NCBI GenBank assembly: GCA_963708135.1
Contig: OY970192.1
Location: forward strand, 736,001 to 800,000
DNA from: an uncultured Gemmatimonadales bacterium
GTDB lineage: Bacteria > Gemmatimonadota > Gemmatimonadetes > Longimicrobiales > RSA9
Reading direction: 5' to 3'
DNA: 64,000 bases
Part shown: positions 51,222-61,206 of the stretch, in pieces
Position numbering within the stretch: position 1 is the stretch's first letter
Layout of the letters: each line of letters opens with the position of its first letter
Made by a program: the position numbers and the translations under genes
Notes under the pieces: model-generated
What the model saw: only the letters and a program-made list of their open reading frames with translations
Told to the model about the DNA's origin: nothing
Database searches by the model: none

Positions 51222-52724
51222 ATGTCAACGGCCAAGAACCTGCGCGCATTCCTCGACGACCTGGACCGGGCGGGCGAGCTGGTGCGCATCGAGGCGCCGA
51301 CTGCGGCGCGGCTGGAGATCGCGGCGCTGGCGGACCGGGCCATGAAGAGCCCGGGCGGCGGCCCCGCGCTGCTGTTCGAGCGGCCGGTGCTGGACGACGG
51401 CACGGAGAGCGAGATCCCGGTGGCGATCAACGTCTTCGGCTCGTGGCGCCGGATGGCCATGGCGCTGGGGGTGGAGGACGTGGCCGAGCACGGCGCGCGC
51501 ATCGCCGAGCTGCTGCAGCCGGACGTGCCGCGCGGCTTCTGGGCCAAGGTGCAGATGCTGCCGAAGTTCGCGGAGCTGGCAAAGGTCCCGCCGCGCAGCT
51601 TCAAGGGGAAGCCGCCGTGCCAGGAGGTCATCCTGGAAGGCGACGCCGCCGACCTCACCCGCCTGCCCGTCCTCACCTCCTGGCCGAAGGACGCCGGCCC
51701 GTTCGTGACCCTGCCGATGGTCATCACGCGCGACCCCGAGACGGGCGTGCAGAACCTCGGCACGTACCGCATGCAGGTTACGGGGCCGTGCACCACGTTC
51801 ATGCACTGGCAGCGGCACAAGGGTGGCGCGGCGCACTTCCGGAAGTACCGCGAGCTGGGCGAGCGGCGGATGCCCGTCGTCGTCGCGCTCGGCGCCGATC
51901 CGGCCACGATGTACACGCCCACGGCGCCACTCCCGCCGGGGATCGACGAGTACCTCTTCAGCGGGTTCCTGCGCCGGGAGCCGCTGCTCACCGCTACCGC
52001 GACGACGGCGGACCTGCAGGTGCCGGCCGAGGCGGAGATCGTGCTCGAGGGCTACGTGGACGCCACGGAGCCGCTCGGCATGGAGGGCCCCTTCGGCGAC
52101 CATACGGGCTTCTACACGCCCGCGGACCTCTTCCCGGTATTCCACGTGGAGCGGATCACGCGCCGCAAGGAGGCCATCTACCCGGCCACGATCGTCGGCG
52201 TCCCGCCCATGGAGGACTTCTACCTGGGCGGCGCCACGGAGCGGATCTTCCTGCCGCTGCTCCGGATGACGCTGCCGGAGATCGTGGACTACCACATGCC
52301 GGCCGAGGGCATCTTCCACAACCTGGTGATGGTGTCGATCCGGAAGGAGTATCCCGGGCACGCCCACAAGGTGATGAACGGGCTGTGGGGCCAGGGGCTC
52401 ATGGCGCTCGCCAAGGTGATCGTCGTGGTGGATGCGGATATCGACGTGCACGACCCGCGGCGCGTGTGGTGGTACGCGCTGAACAACATCGACCCCGAGC
52501 GCGACGTCCGCTTCACCATGGGCCCGGCCGACGACCTCGACCACGCCGCGCGCGGGGCCGCCTTCGGCTCGAAGATGGGCATCGACGGCACGCGGAAATG
52601 GCCGGAGGAGGGCGTGGACCGCGTGAAGCCGTGGCCCGAGGTGATCCGGCAGGATACGGCGGTGCAGGAGAAGATGGACGCGCTGTGGGAGCGGCTGGGC
52701 TGGCGTGAGGGAGGGGGCCGGTAA
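51222..52724 (+). CDS. UbiD family decarboxylase (menaquinone/futalosine-type)
   Basis: WPKDAGPFVT, NLGTYRMQ, EGPFGDHTGFY, GSKMGIDGTRK. Confidence 0.95.
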   Translation: MSTAKNLRAFLDDLDRAGELVRIEAPTAARLEIAALADRAMKSPGGGPALLFERPVLDDGTESEIPVAINVFGSWRRMAMALGVEDVAEHGARIAELLQPDVPRGFWAKVQMLPKFAELAKVPPRSFKGKPPCQEVILEGDAADLTRLPVLTSWPKDAGPFVTLPMVITRDPETGVQNLGTYRMQVTGPCTTFMHWQRHKGGAAHFRKYRELGERRMPVVVALGADPATMYTPTAPLPPGIDEYLFSGFLRREPLLTATATTADLQVPAEAEIVLEGYVDATEPLGMEGPFGDHTGFYTPADLFPVFHVERITRRKEAIYPATIVGVPPMEDFYLGGATERIFLPLLRMTLPEIVDYHMPAEGIFHNLVMVSIRKEYPGHAHKVMNGLWGQGLMALAKVIVVVDADIDVHDPRRVWWYALNNIDPERDVRFTMGPADDLDHAARGAAFGSKMGIDGTRKWPEEGVDRVKPWPEVIRQDTAVQEKMDALWERLGWREGGGR

Positions 52725-53809
52725 TGGGAGCCCGACGGGGAGAGTGGGAGAGTGGGGGAGTGGGGGAGTGGGAGTCGCGCGCGGCAGGGCGGGCTTCCGG
52801 AGAATCGCCGCTTCCCTCGCCGGCGCGGATGGCTCGCGGCTCCGGTGCCGGGTCGGCGGGCCCGGGCGCGGACGGCTCCGCCGGCGCGCGCACCGAGGGG
52901 CAGGTCTACCACGGCGCGTCGCTGCTCGCGCGCTACGCCTCGCTGGTCAAGCTGCCGCACACGCTCTTCGCGCTGCCGTTCGCGGGCGTGGGCGCGGTGC
53001 TCGCCTCCTACCGCCATCCGCAGGGGGCCACGCTCGGCGCGGCGCTCCTGATCGTGGTGGCGTTCACGGCGGCGCGCTTCGCGGCCATGGCGTTCAACCG
53101 CATCGTGGACCGCGAGATCGACGCGGAGAACCCGCGTACCCGCCTGCGCGAGATCCCGAGCGGGCGGCTGAGCGTGCCGCAGGCCTGGGCGGCGGTGGTG
53201 GCGACGTCGGCCCTCTTCATCCTCGCGGCGTTCGCGCTCAACCCGCTGTGCGGCTGGCTCTCGCCCGCGGCCCTCGCGTGGGTCTTCTTCTACTCGTACA
53301 CGAAGCGCTTCACGAGCTGGGCGCACAACGTGCTCGGCTTCGCGCTCGGCATCGCGCCCGTCGGCGCGTTCCTCGCCATCGCGGGGCACTGGAGCCGGCC
53401 GTGGTACGCGCTCCTCACGCTGGCAAGCGCCGTGATGTTCTGGGTGGCCGGCTTCGACATCATCTACTCGCTCCAGGATGTCGAATACGACCGCGCGAAG
53501 GGGCTCAAGTCCCTGCCGGCGACGAAGGGCGTCGCGAAGTCGCTCCTCCTGGCGCGCATCTTCCACGCGCACTCCTTCGTCTTCTTCCTCGTGCTCGGGC
53601 TGCTGCACCGCTTCCCCGTGCACTGGCTCTACCTCGTGGGTGTGGCGATCATGGGTGCGATCCTCGGCTACGAGCACTGGGTAGTGGCGCGGCAGGACCC
53701 GCAGCGGCTCGACCTGCCGACCATCGACCGCGCCTTCTTCCTGGCCAACGTCGGCGTGTCCACCACGCTGTTCGCCTTCACGCTGCTCGACCGGCTCTTC
53801 CTGGGATGA
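52724..53809 (+). CDS. UbiA-like polyprenyltransferase (MqnP-type); start uncertain
   Basis: VKLPHTLFALPFA, FNRIVDREID..NPRT..REIP, YSYTKRF, AGFDIIYSLQD. Confidence 0.92.
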   Translation: MGARRGEWESGGVGEWESRAAGRASGESPLPSPARMARGSGAGSAGPGADGSAGARTEGQVYHGASLLARYASLVKLPHTLFALPFAGVGAVLASYRHPQGATLGAALLIVVAFTAARFAAMAFNRIVDREIDAENPRTRLREIPSGRLSVPQAWAAVVATSALFILAAFALNPLCGWLSPAALAWVFFYSYTKRFTSWAHNVLGFALGIAPVGAFLAIAGHWSRPWYALLTLASAVMFWVAGFDIIYSLQDVEYDRAKGLKSLPATKGVAKSLLLARIFHAHSFVFFLVLGLLHRFPVHWLYLVGVAIMGAILGYEHWVVARQDPQRLDLPTIDRAFFLANVGVSTTLFAFTLLDRLFLG

Positions 53810-53852
53810 CGGCGCGGCGCGGCACGCCAGCGGGAGCCGGCGGAGTCCTCCC

Positions 53853-54452
53853 ATGAGCGATGCCGGACTTCCCGTCACCCTCGCCATCACCGGCGCCTCC
53901 GGCGCGCCCTACGGCGTCCGGCTGCTCGCGGCGCTCTGCGCCACCGACATCGATGTCAGGCTGATCGTCTCCGAGACCGGCTGGCGGCTGCTCCGCGAGG
54001 AGCTGGACATCGACGGGCCGACCATGCTGCGGCAGCACACGGGCGACTGGGCGCGCGTCACGCTCTACCAGGACCGCGACCGCGGCGCCACGCCGGCGTC
54101 CGGCTCCGCGCCGTCGCGTGGCATGGCCATCTGCCCCTGCTCCATGGGCACGCTGGCCAGCATCGCGCAGGGCACCACGCGCTCGCTCGTCGAGCGCGCC
54201 GCCGATGTCGTGCTGAAGGAGCGCAGGCGCCTCGTGCTCGTGCCGCGCGAGACCCCCTATTCCGCGATCCACCTCGAGAACATGCTCCGCCTCACCCACG
54301 CCGGCGCCGTCATCCTGCCCGCTTCGCCCGGCTTCTACCACCGGCCGAAGCACATCGACGACCTCGTTGACTTCGTGGTGGGCCGCGTGCTCGCGCAGCT
54401 CGGCATCGCCTCCTCCCTCGGCCCGCGCTGGCAGAGTGGCGAGCCCGAGTGA
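53853..54452 (+). CDS. ubiX: Flavin prenyltransferase
   Basis: AITGASGAPYG, ASGS, PCSMGTL, LKERRRLVLVPRETP, PGFYHRP. Confidence 0.95.
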   Translation: MSDAGLPVTLAITGASGAPYGVRLLAALCATDIDVRLIVSETGWRLLREELDIDGPTMLRQHTGDWARVTLYQDRDRGATPASGSAPSRGMAICPCSMGTLASIAQGTTRSLVERAADVVLKERRRLVLVPRETPYSAIHLENMLRLTHAGAVILPASPGFYHRPKHIDDLVDFVVGRVLAQLGIASSLGPRWQSGEPE

Positions 54453-54555
54453 GGGCGGCGCCGAGCCGCGCCGCGCCGAGCCCGGCCGACCCCGCGGTGC
54501 GCCGGCCGGCGCGGGGGCCGGCGCGGCCCGCCGTGCGCCGAGCGGCGCCGGCCCC

Positions 54556-55023
54556 GTGCGCATTGGCCTGATCAGCGACACGCACGGGAAGCTGCGGCCG
54601 GCGGTCTTCGAACACTTCCGCGGCGTCGAGCGGATCCTTCACGCGGGCGATGTCGGCCCCTACGACCTCCTCGTCGAGCTCGAGGCGATCGCGCCGGTGA
54701 CGGCCGTCGTCGGCAACACCGACGGCTTCGAGCTGCGCGGGCGCCTGCCGGAGGTGGCGGAGCTCGAGGCGGCCGGCCGCCGCATCGTGGTCGTGCACGG
54801 CCACCTGCTCGGCTCGCCGACGCCTGCCCGCCTGCACGCGGCCTATCCCTCGGCCGACATCATCGTGTACGGCCACACCCATCGCCCCCTCGCAGAGCGC
54901 CTCGAGGGCACCCTCGTCGTGAACCCCGGCGGCGCCGGCGCGCCCCGCTTCTCCCTGCGCCCGAGCGTGGGACTGCTCACGCTGACCGAGGCCGGCATGG
55001 AGGTTCGGCTGATCGAGCTGTAG
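54556..55023 (+). CDS. Metallophosphoesterase (YfcE/MJ0936 family)
   Basis: ISDTH, HAGD, GNTD, HGH, GHTH, NPG. Confidence 0.92.
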   Translation: MRIGLISDTHGKLRPAVFEHFRGVERILHAGDVGPYDLLVELEAIAPVTAVVGNTDGFELRGRLPEVAELEAAGRRIVVVHGHLLGSPTPARLHAAYPSADIIVYGHTHRPLAERLEGTLVVNPGGAGAPRFSLRPSVGLLTLTEAGMEVRLIEL

Positions 55024-55192
55024 GCGGCGGGTGCGGACGCCGCGCACCGGTCCCCTGCCGAGCTTCGACGTCCAGGTCACGGGCCGGTGTATGGCTCCGC
55101 GCGTGCGGCGCGCGAGCGCCCTCTCGTCGGTTTTTCCGCGCACCCCGGTGAGTTGGTGGGATGGCCGTGGCCGATCTGCGCTCCGCCGTCCG

Positions 55193-55377
55193 ACACGCGG
55201 ACCTTTCTGCGCGTTCGTCGCCTCGCTGTCGGCGCTCTCGCACTTTCAGCCGCCCAGCGGACCAAAGTCACCGCACGTCGCCCCCGCCGCCGACCGCGAC
55301 GGGACTCTGGTCCGCATAGCGGCCATTTCCGCGGCTGCGACTCCGCGCCCTCGACGATCTGTGAGTTTGGTCCGCCC
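55193..55377 (-). repeat. ~185-bp palindromic dispersed element, copy C (solo, diverged)
   Basis: Reverse complement reads GGGCGGACCAAACTC..GAAATGGCCGCTATGCGGACCAGAGTCCCGTCGCG-N17-..GACTTTGGTCCGC..GCAGAAAGGTCCG, colinear with copies A and B. Confidence 0.9.
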
Positions 55378-55406
55378 TGCCCCCGCGTCGGGCGGTGGGA
55401 GGGCCG

Positions 55407-55500
55407 CGTCGAACCGCGGTGCGCCGGACCGAATCGCCGGCCGGATCGAATCCGCGGTGCGCCGGCCGGACCGAATCCGCCGGCCGGGTCGAATCCGCGG
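55407..55500. repeat. Degenerate tandem repeats built on CGAATCCGC..CCGG next to copy C
   Basis: Read directly. Confidence 0.7.
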
Positions 55501-55578
55501 TGGGCCGGTGCTCCGAGGCGGCGGCACGGATCTTCCCCGGACGAGCAGCGTGGCGGACACACAGCGCTCGAGGCGAAA

Positions 55579-55971
55579 ATGCAGTTCCTTTACAACGAGT
55601 TCACCTCCCTCACCTTCGGCCTGCTGGGCATCGTGCTGCTGGCGTGGCTCACGGCCAACGTGATCACGTTGAGCGAGCGCCGGCTGGTCGGCGCGGTGGC
55701 GCTCATTCTGGCGGGGATCTTCTTCGTGGCGCGGCCGGCGACGGCGCCCCTGCTGGTCGGGATCGGCGTCGTCCTGTGGGCGTTCGGGTTGGTGACCTTC
55801 GTGCGGACGGGACTCGCGTGGCGGCAGCGCGACGGGTCGCGCGCGGGGCCCGTCGCCATCCTGGTGCTGCTCCCGGCGGCGTTCTTCGGGGCAATGCTGC
55901 TCGGCGGCCTGCTGTTCAGCATGCTGGAGGCGCCGGCGCGGCTGGCGCTCCGGCTGGCCGGCGGAGGCTGA
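55579..55971 (+). CDS. Hypothetical 4-TM membrane protein
   Basis: Hydrophobic ORF with GAGG upstream of ATG. Confidence 0.65.
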   Translation: MQFLYNEFTSLTFGLLGIVLLAWLTANVITLSERRLVGAVALILAGIFFVARPATAPLLVGIGVVLWAFGLVTFVRTGLAWRQRDGSRAGPVAILVLLPAAFFGAMLLGGLLFSMLEAPARLALRLAGGG

Positions 55972-56051
55972 AGGCGGATCCGCGCCCGATCCACTCGCCC
56001 GGAGCCGGCGCGGGCGCGCAAGGGGAGGGTGCAATGCGGCCGCGCCGGCCG

Positions 56052-57281
56052 TCACGATCCGGTCAGGAACGCCTCCGGCGGGGTCGTCCTCTCGAGCTCC
56101 TCCGGCCGCAGGTGGAACCAGCGCGCGACGAGCAGGATCTCCGCGATCTGCGCGGCGGGGACGCTGCCGGGGTGCGGCTCGCGCGCGGCGAAGATGCGGT
56201 GGGCGCGCGGCGCGAGCGCGCGGCGCTCGGCGGGCGTGCGGGGCGCTCGGACCTCGGCGCGGATGCTGCCGCCGCGGATGAGGTAGAGCCGGTCGTCGCC
56301 CTGGTGGCCGGCCACACGATAGGCGAAGGACAGCCGCTCGAGGGTGGCGCGCAGCGCCACCAGCTCGTCACGCACGGCCTCGAGGCGGAGCGCGCGGTCG
56401 CGCAGCTCGGCGGCGTACTCGAACTGTAGCCGGCGCGCGGCGGCCTCCATGCGCTGCTGCAGGATGGCGAGCGGCCGGTCGGCGTCACCCTCGAGGAAGC
56501 GGCGGGCGGAGGCGACAGCGGCGGTGTACTCGGCCGACGTGCACCGGCCGGCGCACGGCGCCAGGCAGCGGCCGACGTCGCCACGCATGCAGCGCGGGGC
56601 GAGCTCGTGGCGGAACAGCTCCATCTGGTCCGCGAAGCGGAGCGGTGTCGAGGGCGGACAATCGCGCAGCTCGAGCACATCGCGCAGCTCGCGGAGCGCC
56701 GCGCGCAGCCGTTTCCGCCCGGCAAACGGGCCGAAGTAGAGGGCGCGGTCCTCGCGGGCCTCGTTCACCACCACCAGCCGCGGCGCCGGCCCGGGCACGA
56801 GCTTGATGAAGCACACCGCGCCGCGACCGCGATGCTGCACGTTGAAGAGCGGCCGCCAGCGCTTGATCAGCCGGAGCTCCAGCAGCAGCGAGGCGAACTC
56901 GCTCGGGACGTACTCCCACTCGATCCGGTGCGCGTGGCCGATGATCTCGCGCGCCTTCTCGCCGCGGTCGGCGCGGAAGTAGGAGAGCAGCCGCGTCCGC
57001 ACCTTCACCGACTTGCCCACGTAGAGCAGCTCGCCCGAAGGACCGTGCATCCGGTAGACGCCCGGCCGGTTCTCCGCGTGCGCGCGCACGTGCTCGCGGA
57101 GCTCCGCCGCCGTGGGCTGGCGCGGTGGCCGCAGCCCGGGCGGGCGGGAAAGGGTGCGCGCAGGCGGCGCCGGACGGGCGGAGGCCGGCACCCGCGACGC
57201 CCGGCGGCTCGTGGCGGCCGGGCGCGCGCGTGGCGCCGGACGGGCGGAGGCGGCGGCGTCGCCGGAGGTCAGCGTTGGCAT
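56052..57281 (-). CDS. GIY-YIG nuclease, UvrC N-terminal-like (Cho-like) with UVR domain
   Basis: PGVYRM..LLYVGKS..RLLSYF, ELRLIKRWRPLFN, Cys cluster, MEAAARRLQFEYAAELRD; no RNase H/HhH half. Confidence 0.85.
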   Translation of the reverse strand: MPTLTSGDAAASARPAPRARPAATSRRASRVPASARPAPPARTLSRPPGLRPPRQPTAAELREHVRAHAENRPGVYRMHGPSGELLYVGKSVKVRTRLLSYFRADRGEKAREIIGHAHRIEWEYVPSEFASLLLELRLIKRWRPLFNVQHRGRGAVCFIKLVPGPAPRLVVVNEAREDRALYFGPFAGRKRLRAALRELRDVLELRDCPPSTPLRFADQMELFRHELAPRCMRGDVGRCLAPCAGRCTSAEYTAAVASARRFLEGDADRPLAILQQRMEAAARRLQFEYAAELRDRALRLEAVRDELVALRATLERLSFAYRVAGHQGDDRLYLIRGGSIRAEVRAPRTPAERRALAPRAHRIFAAREPHPGSVPAAQIAEILLVARWFHLRPEELERTTPPEAFLTGS

Positions 57282-58090
57282 CTCGGGCAGTAGAAGGCGG
57301 AGCGGTTCGTCAGCACGACGCGCTTCACGGGCGTGCCGCACGCGGGGCAGGGCAGGCCGTCGCGGCCGTAGACGCGCAGCCGCGGCAGGTACTCGCCCGC
57401 CTCGCCGCTGGCGTCGCGGTAGAGGCTGAAGGTGGTGCCGCGGGCCTGGATGGCGGCCTCGAGCACCTCGCGGAGGTTGTCGCGGAGCCGTGCGGCCTCG
57501 GCCCGCGTGAGGGTGCGCGCGCGGCGCGTGGGCCGGACCGCGGCGCCGAAAAGCGCCTCGTTGGCGTAGATGTTCCCCACGCCGGCCACCTTCGTCTGGT
57601 CGAGCAGGAAGTTCCGGATCGGCACCTTCGAGGCGCGCGTCATCCGGTGCAGCGCGGCGCCCGTGAAGTCGTCCGCGAGGGGCTCGTGGCCCAGTTCTGC
57701 GGTGCGGCGCGCCCAGGCCTCGGGCGTGAGGAAGCGCAGCCGGCCGAAACGGCGCGCGTCGTCGTACAGCAGCCGGCGGCCGTCATCCAGGTCGAAGGCG
57801 ACGGCGACGTGCCCGAGCTCCGCCGCGCGCGGAGAGTCCCCGACCACGAGCCGGCCGCTCATCCCGAGGTTCACCATCAGGCGCGCGCCATCCGCGAAGA
57901 CGAGGACCACGTTCTTGCCGCGGCGCTCGACGGCCGAGACCGTGCGGCCGGAGAGCGCATCCGCGAAGGCGGCGGCGGGCGGCTCGTCCAGCACGTCCTC
58001 GTGGCGGACCTCCGTGCCGGCGACGCGCGCACCGAGGATCCGGCCACGCAGGTCCCGCACAATGGTCTCGGCCTCAGGCAGCTCCGGCAC
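57269..58090 (-). CDS. mutM: Formamidopyrimidine-DNA glycosylase
   Basis: PELPE N-terminus, RRGK, LGMSG, RRFG, GVGNIYANE, CPACG..CPRCQ zinc finger. Confidence 0.96.
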   Translation of the reverse strand: MPELPEAETIVRDLRGRILGARVAGTEVRHEDVLDEPPAAAFADALSGRTVSAVERRGKNVVLVFADGARLMVNLGMSGRLVVGDSPRAAELGHVAVAFDLDDGRRLLYDDARRFGRLRFLTPEAWARRTAELGHEPLADDFTGAALHRMTRASKVPIRNFLLDQTKVAGVGNIYANEALFGAAVRPTRRARTLTRAEAARLRDNLREVLEAAIQARGTTFSLYRDASGEAGEYLPRLRVYGRDGLPCPACGTPVKRVVLTNRSAFYCPRCQR

Positions 58091-59363
58091 CGCGCGCGAG
58101 CTCCCGCCAGCCGATGTCACGCCGGAGCTGCCGGCCCTCGAAGGTGATCGCCTCCGCGCCGGCCCGGCTGCGCGCGGCCGCTTCCGCCATGGTGGGCGCG
58201 AGCGCCGTCACCGCGAGCACCCGCCCGCCCGCCGTCACGAGGCGGCCATCCTCCAGCTTCGTGCCCGCGTGGAAGACCAGCAGGTCCTGCGCGTCCGAGA
58301 CCTCGGGCGGAATGCGGATCTCGTCGCCCTTCCGCACCGGACCCGGATAGCCGGCCGCGGCGAGCACCGTGGTCAGCGCCGCACCCGGCCGCCAGGCGAG
58401 CGTGAGGCCCTCGATCGAGCCGCCCCGGCCGATGGCGTGGAGCGGCTCGAGAAGCGAGGAGTCGAGCATCGGCAGCACGACCTGCGTCTCCGGATCGCCG
58501 AAGCGCGCGTTGAACTCCACCACCTTCGGACCCGCCGGCGTGAGCATCAGGCCGGCGTAGAGGAGGCCGCGGAAGGGACGCTCGTCCTCGCGCAGCGCGG
58601 TCACCGTCGGCTGGAGGATGCGCTCGGCAATGTCCCGGATCAGCGCCGGGTCCACGGTACCGACCGGCGTGTAGGCGCCCATGCCGCCCGTGTTCGGCCC
58701 CGTGTCGCCCTCGCCGATGCGCTTGTGGTCCTGCGCCGGGAGCATCGGCACCACCCGCGTGCCGTCGGACAGGGCGAAGACCGAGATCTCCTCGCCCTCG
58801 AGGAAGTCCTCCACCACGATCTCCTCGCCCGCCGCGCCGAAAGAGCGGTCCTCGAGCATCGTCCGCGCGGCCGAGAGCGCCTCCTCCGTCGTGCGGCAGA
58901 CGACGGCCCCCTTGCCGGCCGCCAGTCCCGACGCCTTCACCACCAGCGGCGCCGGCCGTTCCGCGATGTACCTCGCGGCCGCCGCGAGCTCCGTGAACGT
59001 GGCGAACCCCGCCGTGGGCACCTCCGCGTCCCGCATGAGCCGCTTGGCGTAGGACTTCGACGACTCGATCTCCGTGGCCGCCTTGCTCGGCCCGAAGATC
59101 GCCAGCCCGTAGCGAAGGAACGTGTCCACGATCCCCTCCGCCAGCGGCCCCTCCGGGCCGACCACGGTCAGGTCGATCGAGTTCCCCTGCGCCCACGCCC
59201 CCAGCGCGGGCGCGTCGGCCGGGTCGAGCGGAAGGTGGCGCGCGAGCGACTCCGTGCCGCCGTTGCCGCGCGTGATGAACAGCTCCGCGTCCGGCGCGTC
59301 GCGCCGGAGCTTCCACAGGAGCGCGTGCTCCCTGCCGCCGTTGCCGACGATGAGGATCCGCAT
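58074..59363 (-). CDS. purD: Phosphoribosylamine--glycine ligase
   Basis: GNGGREHAL, VVGPE, KASGLAAGKG, QDHKR..GPNTGGMG, EFNARFGDPE. Confidence 0.97.
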   Translation of the reverse strand: MRILIVGNGGREHALLWKLRRDAPDAELFITRGNGGTESLARHLPLDPADAPALGAWAQGNSIDLTVVGPEGPLAEGIVDTFLRYGLAIFGPSKAATEIESSKSYAKRLMRDAEVPTAGFATFTELAAAARYIAERPAPLVVKASGLAAGKGAVVCRTTEEALSAARTMLEDRSFGAAGEEIVVEDFLEGEEISVFALSDGTRVVPMLPAQDHKRIGEGDTGPNTGGMGAYTPVGTVDPALIRDIAERILQPTVTALREDERPFRGLLYAGLMLTPAGPKVVEFNARFGDPETQVVLPMLDSSLLEPLHAIGRGGSIEGLTLAWRPGAALTTVLAAAGYPGPVRKGDEIRIPPEVSDAQDLLVFHAGTKLEDGRLVTAGGRVLAVTALAPTMAEAAARSRAGAEAITFEGRQLRRDIGWRELARGAGAA

Positions 59364-59535
59364 GTCGGGCTTCGTGTCGGGGGTCAGCTGCCTGAGGCGG
59401 CGGGGGCTGCGGCCCCGCCGCACCTGCGTCGGAGCAAGATAGCCGGGCGGCGTGGTTTCGGCAAACGTTCGGGTGGGAAGGCCGGCAGGCACGCCGCGAG
59501 AGCGCCAGGCCGGCGCTCCCGCGGTGCGGCGGACC

Positions 59536-61206
59536 TCACTTCCTCGTCGTGATCTCGATCACGCCGTTGGCGGCGGCGGGGTCGGGGAAGAGCTTCATGG
59601 CGCGCTCGCCCTTGAGCACTTCGACCGAGGCGATCCTGGAGGGGTCCAGCGAGTGGAGGGCGCTCGGCTCCGCGCGCCTGCCATCGATCACGAGGAGCCC
59701 GGTGAAGCCGTGCGAGTCCAGCGACGAGACCCTGCCGCGGGTCGCGGTGCGGCCGGGCTCATCCGCGATCCCTTCCGCGCGCAGCGTGAGCTGCTTCCCG
59801 ACCGAGACCGCGCCGTTCTCCGGCACCGTCACGATCCGGATCTCGGTCGGGCCCGCGGCGGCCGGCGGTGCGCCGTCCCTGCGCCGGAGAACGCCGGCGC
59901 TCGCTTCTCGTTCGCCCGCGCCCACGGCACGGAGCTCCGCGGTCAACTTCCTCTCCCGCTCAGCCGACTCGGCGGGATCTCCAGTGGCGGTCCCCATTTC
60001 GCGCAATGTTCCAGTGGCCGCGGCGGACCGGGCGACGACGGCGCGCTCGGCGACCGCAGGGCGCAGGTTCCGCACCTCGACGGACGCGATCCGGCTCGCC
60101 GGAAGCGCGTGGGCCTCCGCCGCCGTCACGCGGTGGCCGTCAACGTAGTAGACCGGCGCGACGGTGGGCTGGGGCGCCCCCGCCTGGCGGGCGGCGAGCG
60201 TCGCGATCCGATCCGCGTGCGCGGCATCCAGGTCCTGGATCTCGGTGTCCGTCGGGAGCCGGGTCTCGCAGGCGACGACCACCGCGGCGGCGCCGAGCGT
60301 CGCCAGGAAGGCCACGCGGACGCGGCGGAACGGGCGGAAGGAGCGAAGCGGGGTCATGGCGACGAGCCTCCGTTCGAGTTGAGAGCCTCTGCCGGCCAGG
60401 GCGAGCGCCCCGGCCGCCAGGCCGGGGCCGCGCCCCGCCAGGGCGATGAGCATGGAGCCGTAGGAGCGGGCATCGACGCCGCGCGCGAGGACGCGCCGGT
60501 CGCAGTCGAGCTCGACGGCCACCCGCAGGCGCGCGAGCATCCACCACGTCGCCGGATGCCACGGCACGAGCGCGGCGGACGCGCACCCCGCGGCCAGCAG
60601 CCAGTGGTCGCGCGCGCGCAGGTGCTCGCGCTCGTGCGCCAGGGCGAGGCGCTGCTCTTCGGCGTCGCGCTCGAGCAGCCAGCGCGGCACGACGATCTCC
60701 GCGCGCCGAAGCCCCACCACCGCCGGGCCGCCGTCCGGCGCCACCCGCACGCCCGTCCCCGCCACCTCGCCGCCGGGCCAGCGCAGCCGCGCGAGCCGCA
60801 TGCGGCGGTACGCGAGCGTGAACGCCAGCAGCGTCGCCAGGGTGAGCGCGAGCCAGGCGACGCCGAGCCCCCGCGCGATCCCCGGTGGCACCGCACGCGC
60901 CGCGCGGCCGATCACGCGCGCGATCGCCGCCGACGCGCTCTCCCGCGAGCGTTCGGCCCCCGCAGAGGCGGAGGACGCCGGGGACGCGACGGGAAGCGTC
61001 GCCTGAAAGGCCGGCGCGGCCGGCGCCCGGCCGACGATCTCGCGCACGGGAGCGGCCGCCGCCAGCGCGACGCAGCCCAGCAGCGCCGCCGCCCACGCCC
61101 ACCGGGATGGCCGGTCCAGCGCGCGCAGCACGCGGTCCGCGCTCGCCGCCGCGACCGACAGGACGGCGCCGACCAGGAGCACGGACGCGATCCACGCGGC
61201 GATCAT
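59536..61206 (-). CDS. M56 (BlaR1-like) metallopeptidase with C-terminal TonB-plug-like repeats
   Basis: HEREH, PWHP, ELDCD, YGSML; C-terminal IDG..IASVEVLKG..ANGVIEITT. Confidence 0.9.
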   Translation of the reverse strand: MIAAWIASVLLVGAVLSVAAASADRVLRALDRPSRWAWAAALLGCVALAAAAPVREIVGRAPAAPAFQATLPVASPASSASAGAERSRESASAAIARVIGRAARAVPPGIARGLGVAWLALTLATLLAFTLAYRRMRLARLRWPGGEVAGTGVRVAPDGGPAVVGLRRAEIVVPRWLLERDAEEQRLALAHEREHLRARDHWLLAAGCASAALVPWHPATWWMLARLRVAVELDCDRRVLARGVDARSYGSMLIALAGRGPGLAAGALALAGRGSQLERRLVAMTPLRSFRPFRRVRVAFLATLGAAAVVVACETRLPTDTEIQDLDAAHADRIATLAARQAGAPQPTVAPVYYVDGHRVTAAEAHALPASRIASVEVRNLRPAVAERAVVARSAAATGTLREMGTATGDPAESAERERKLTAELRAVGAGEREASAGVLRRRDGAPPAAAGPTEIRIVTVPENGAVSVGKQLTLRAEGIADEPGRTATRGRVSSLDSHGFTGLLVIDGRRAEPSALHSLDPSRIASVEVLKGERAMKLFPDPAAANGVIEITTRK

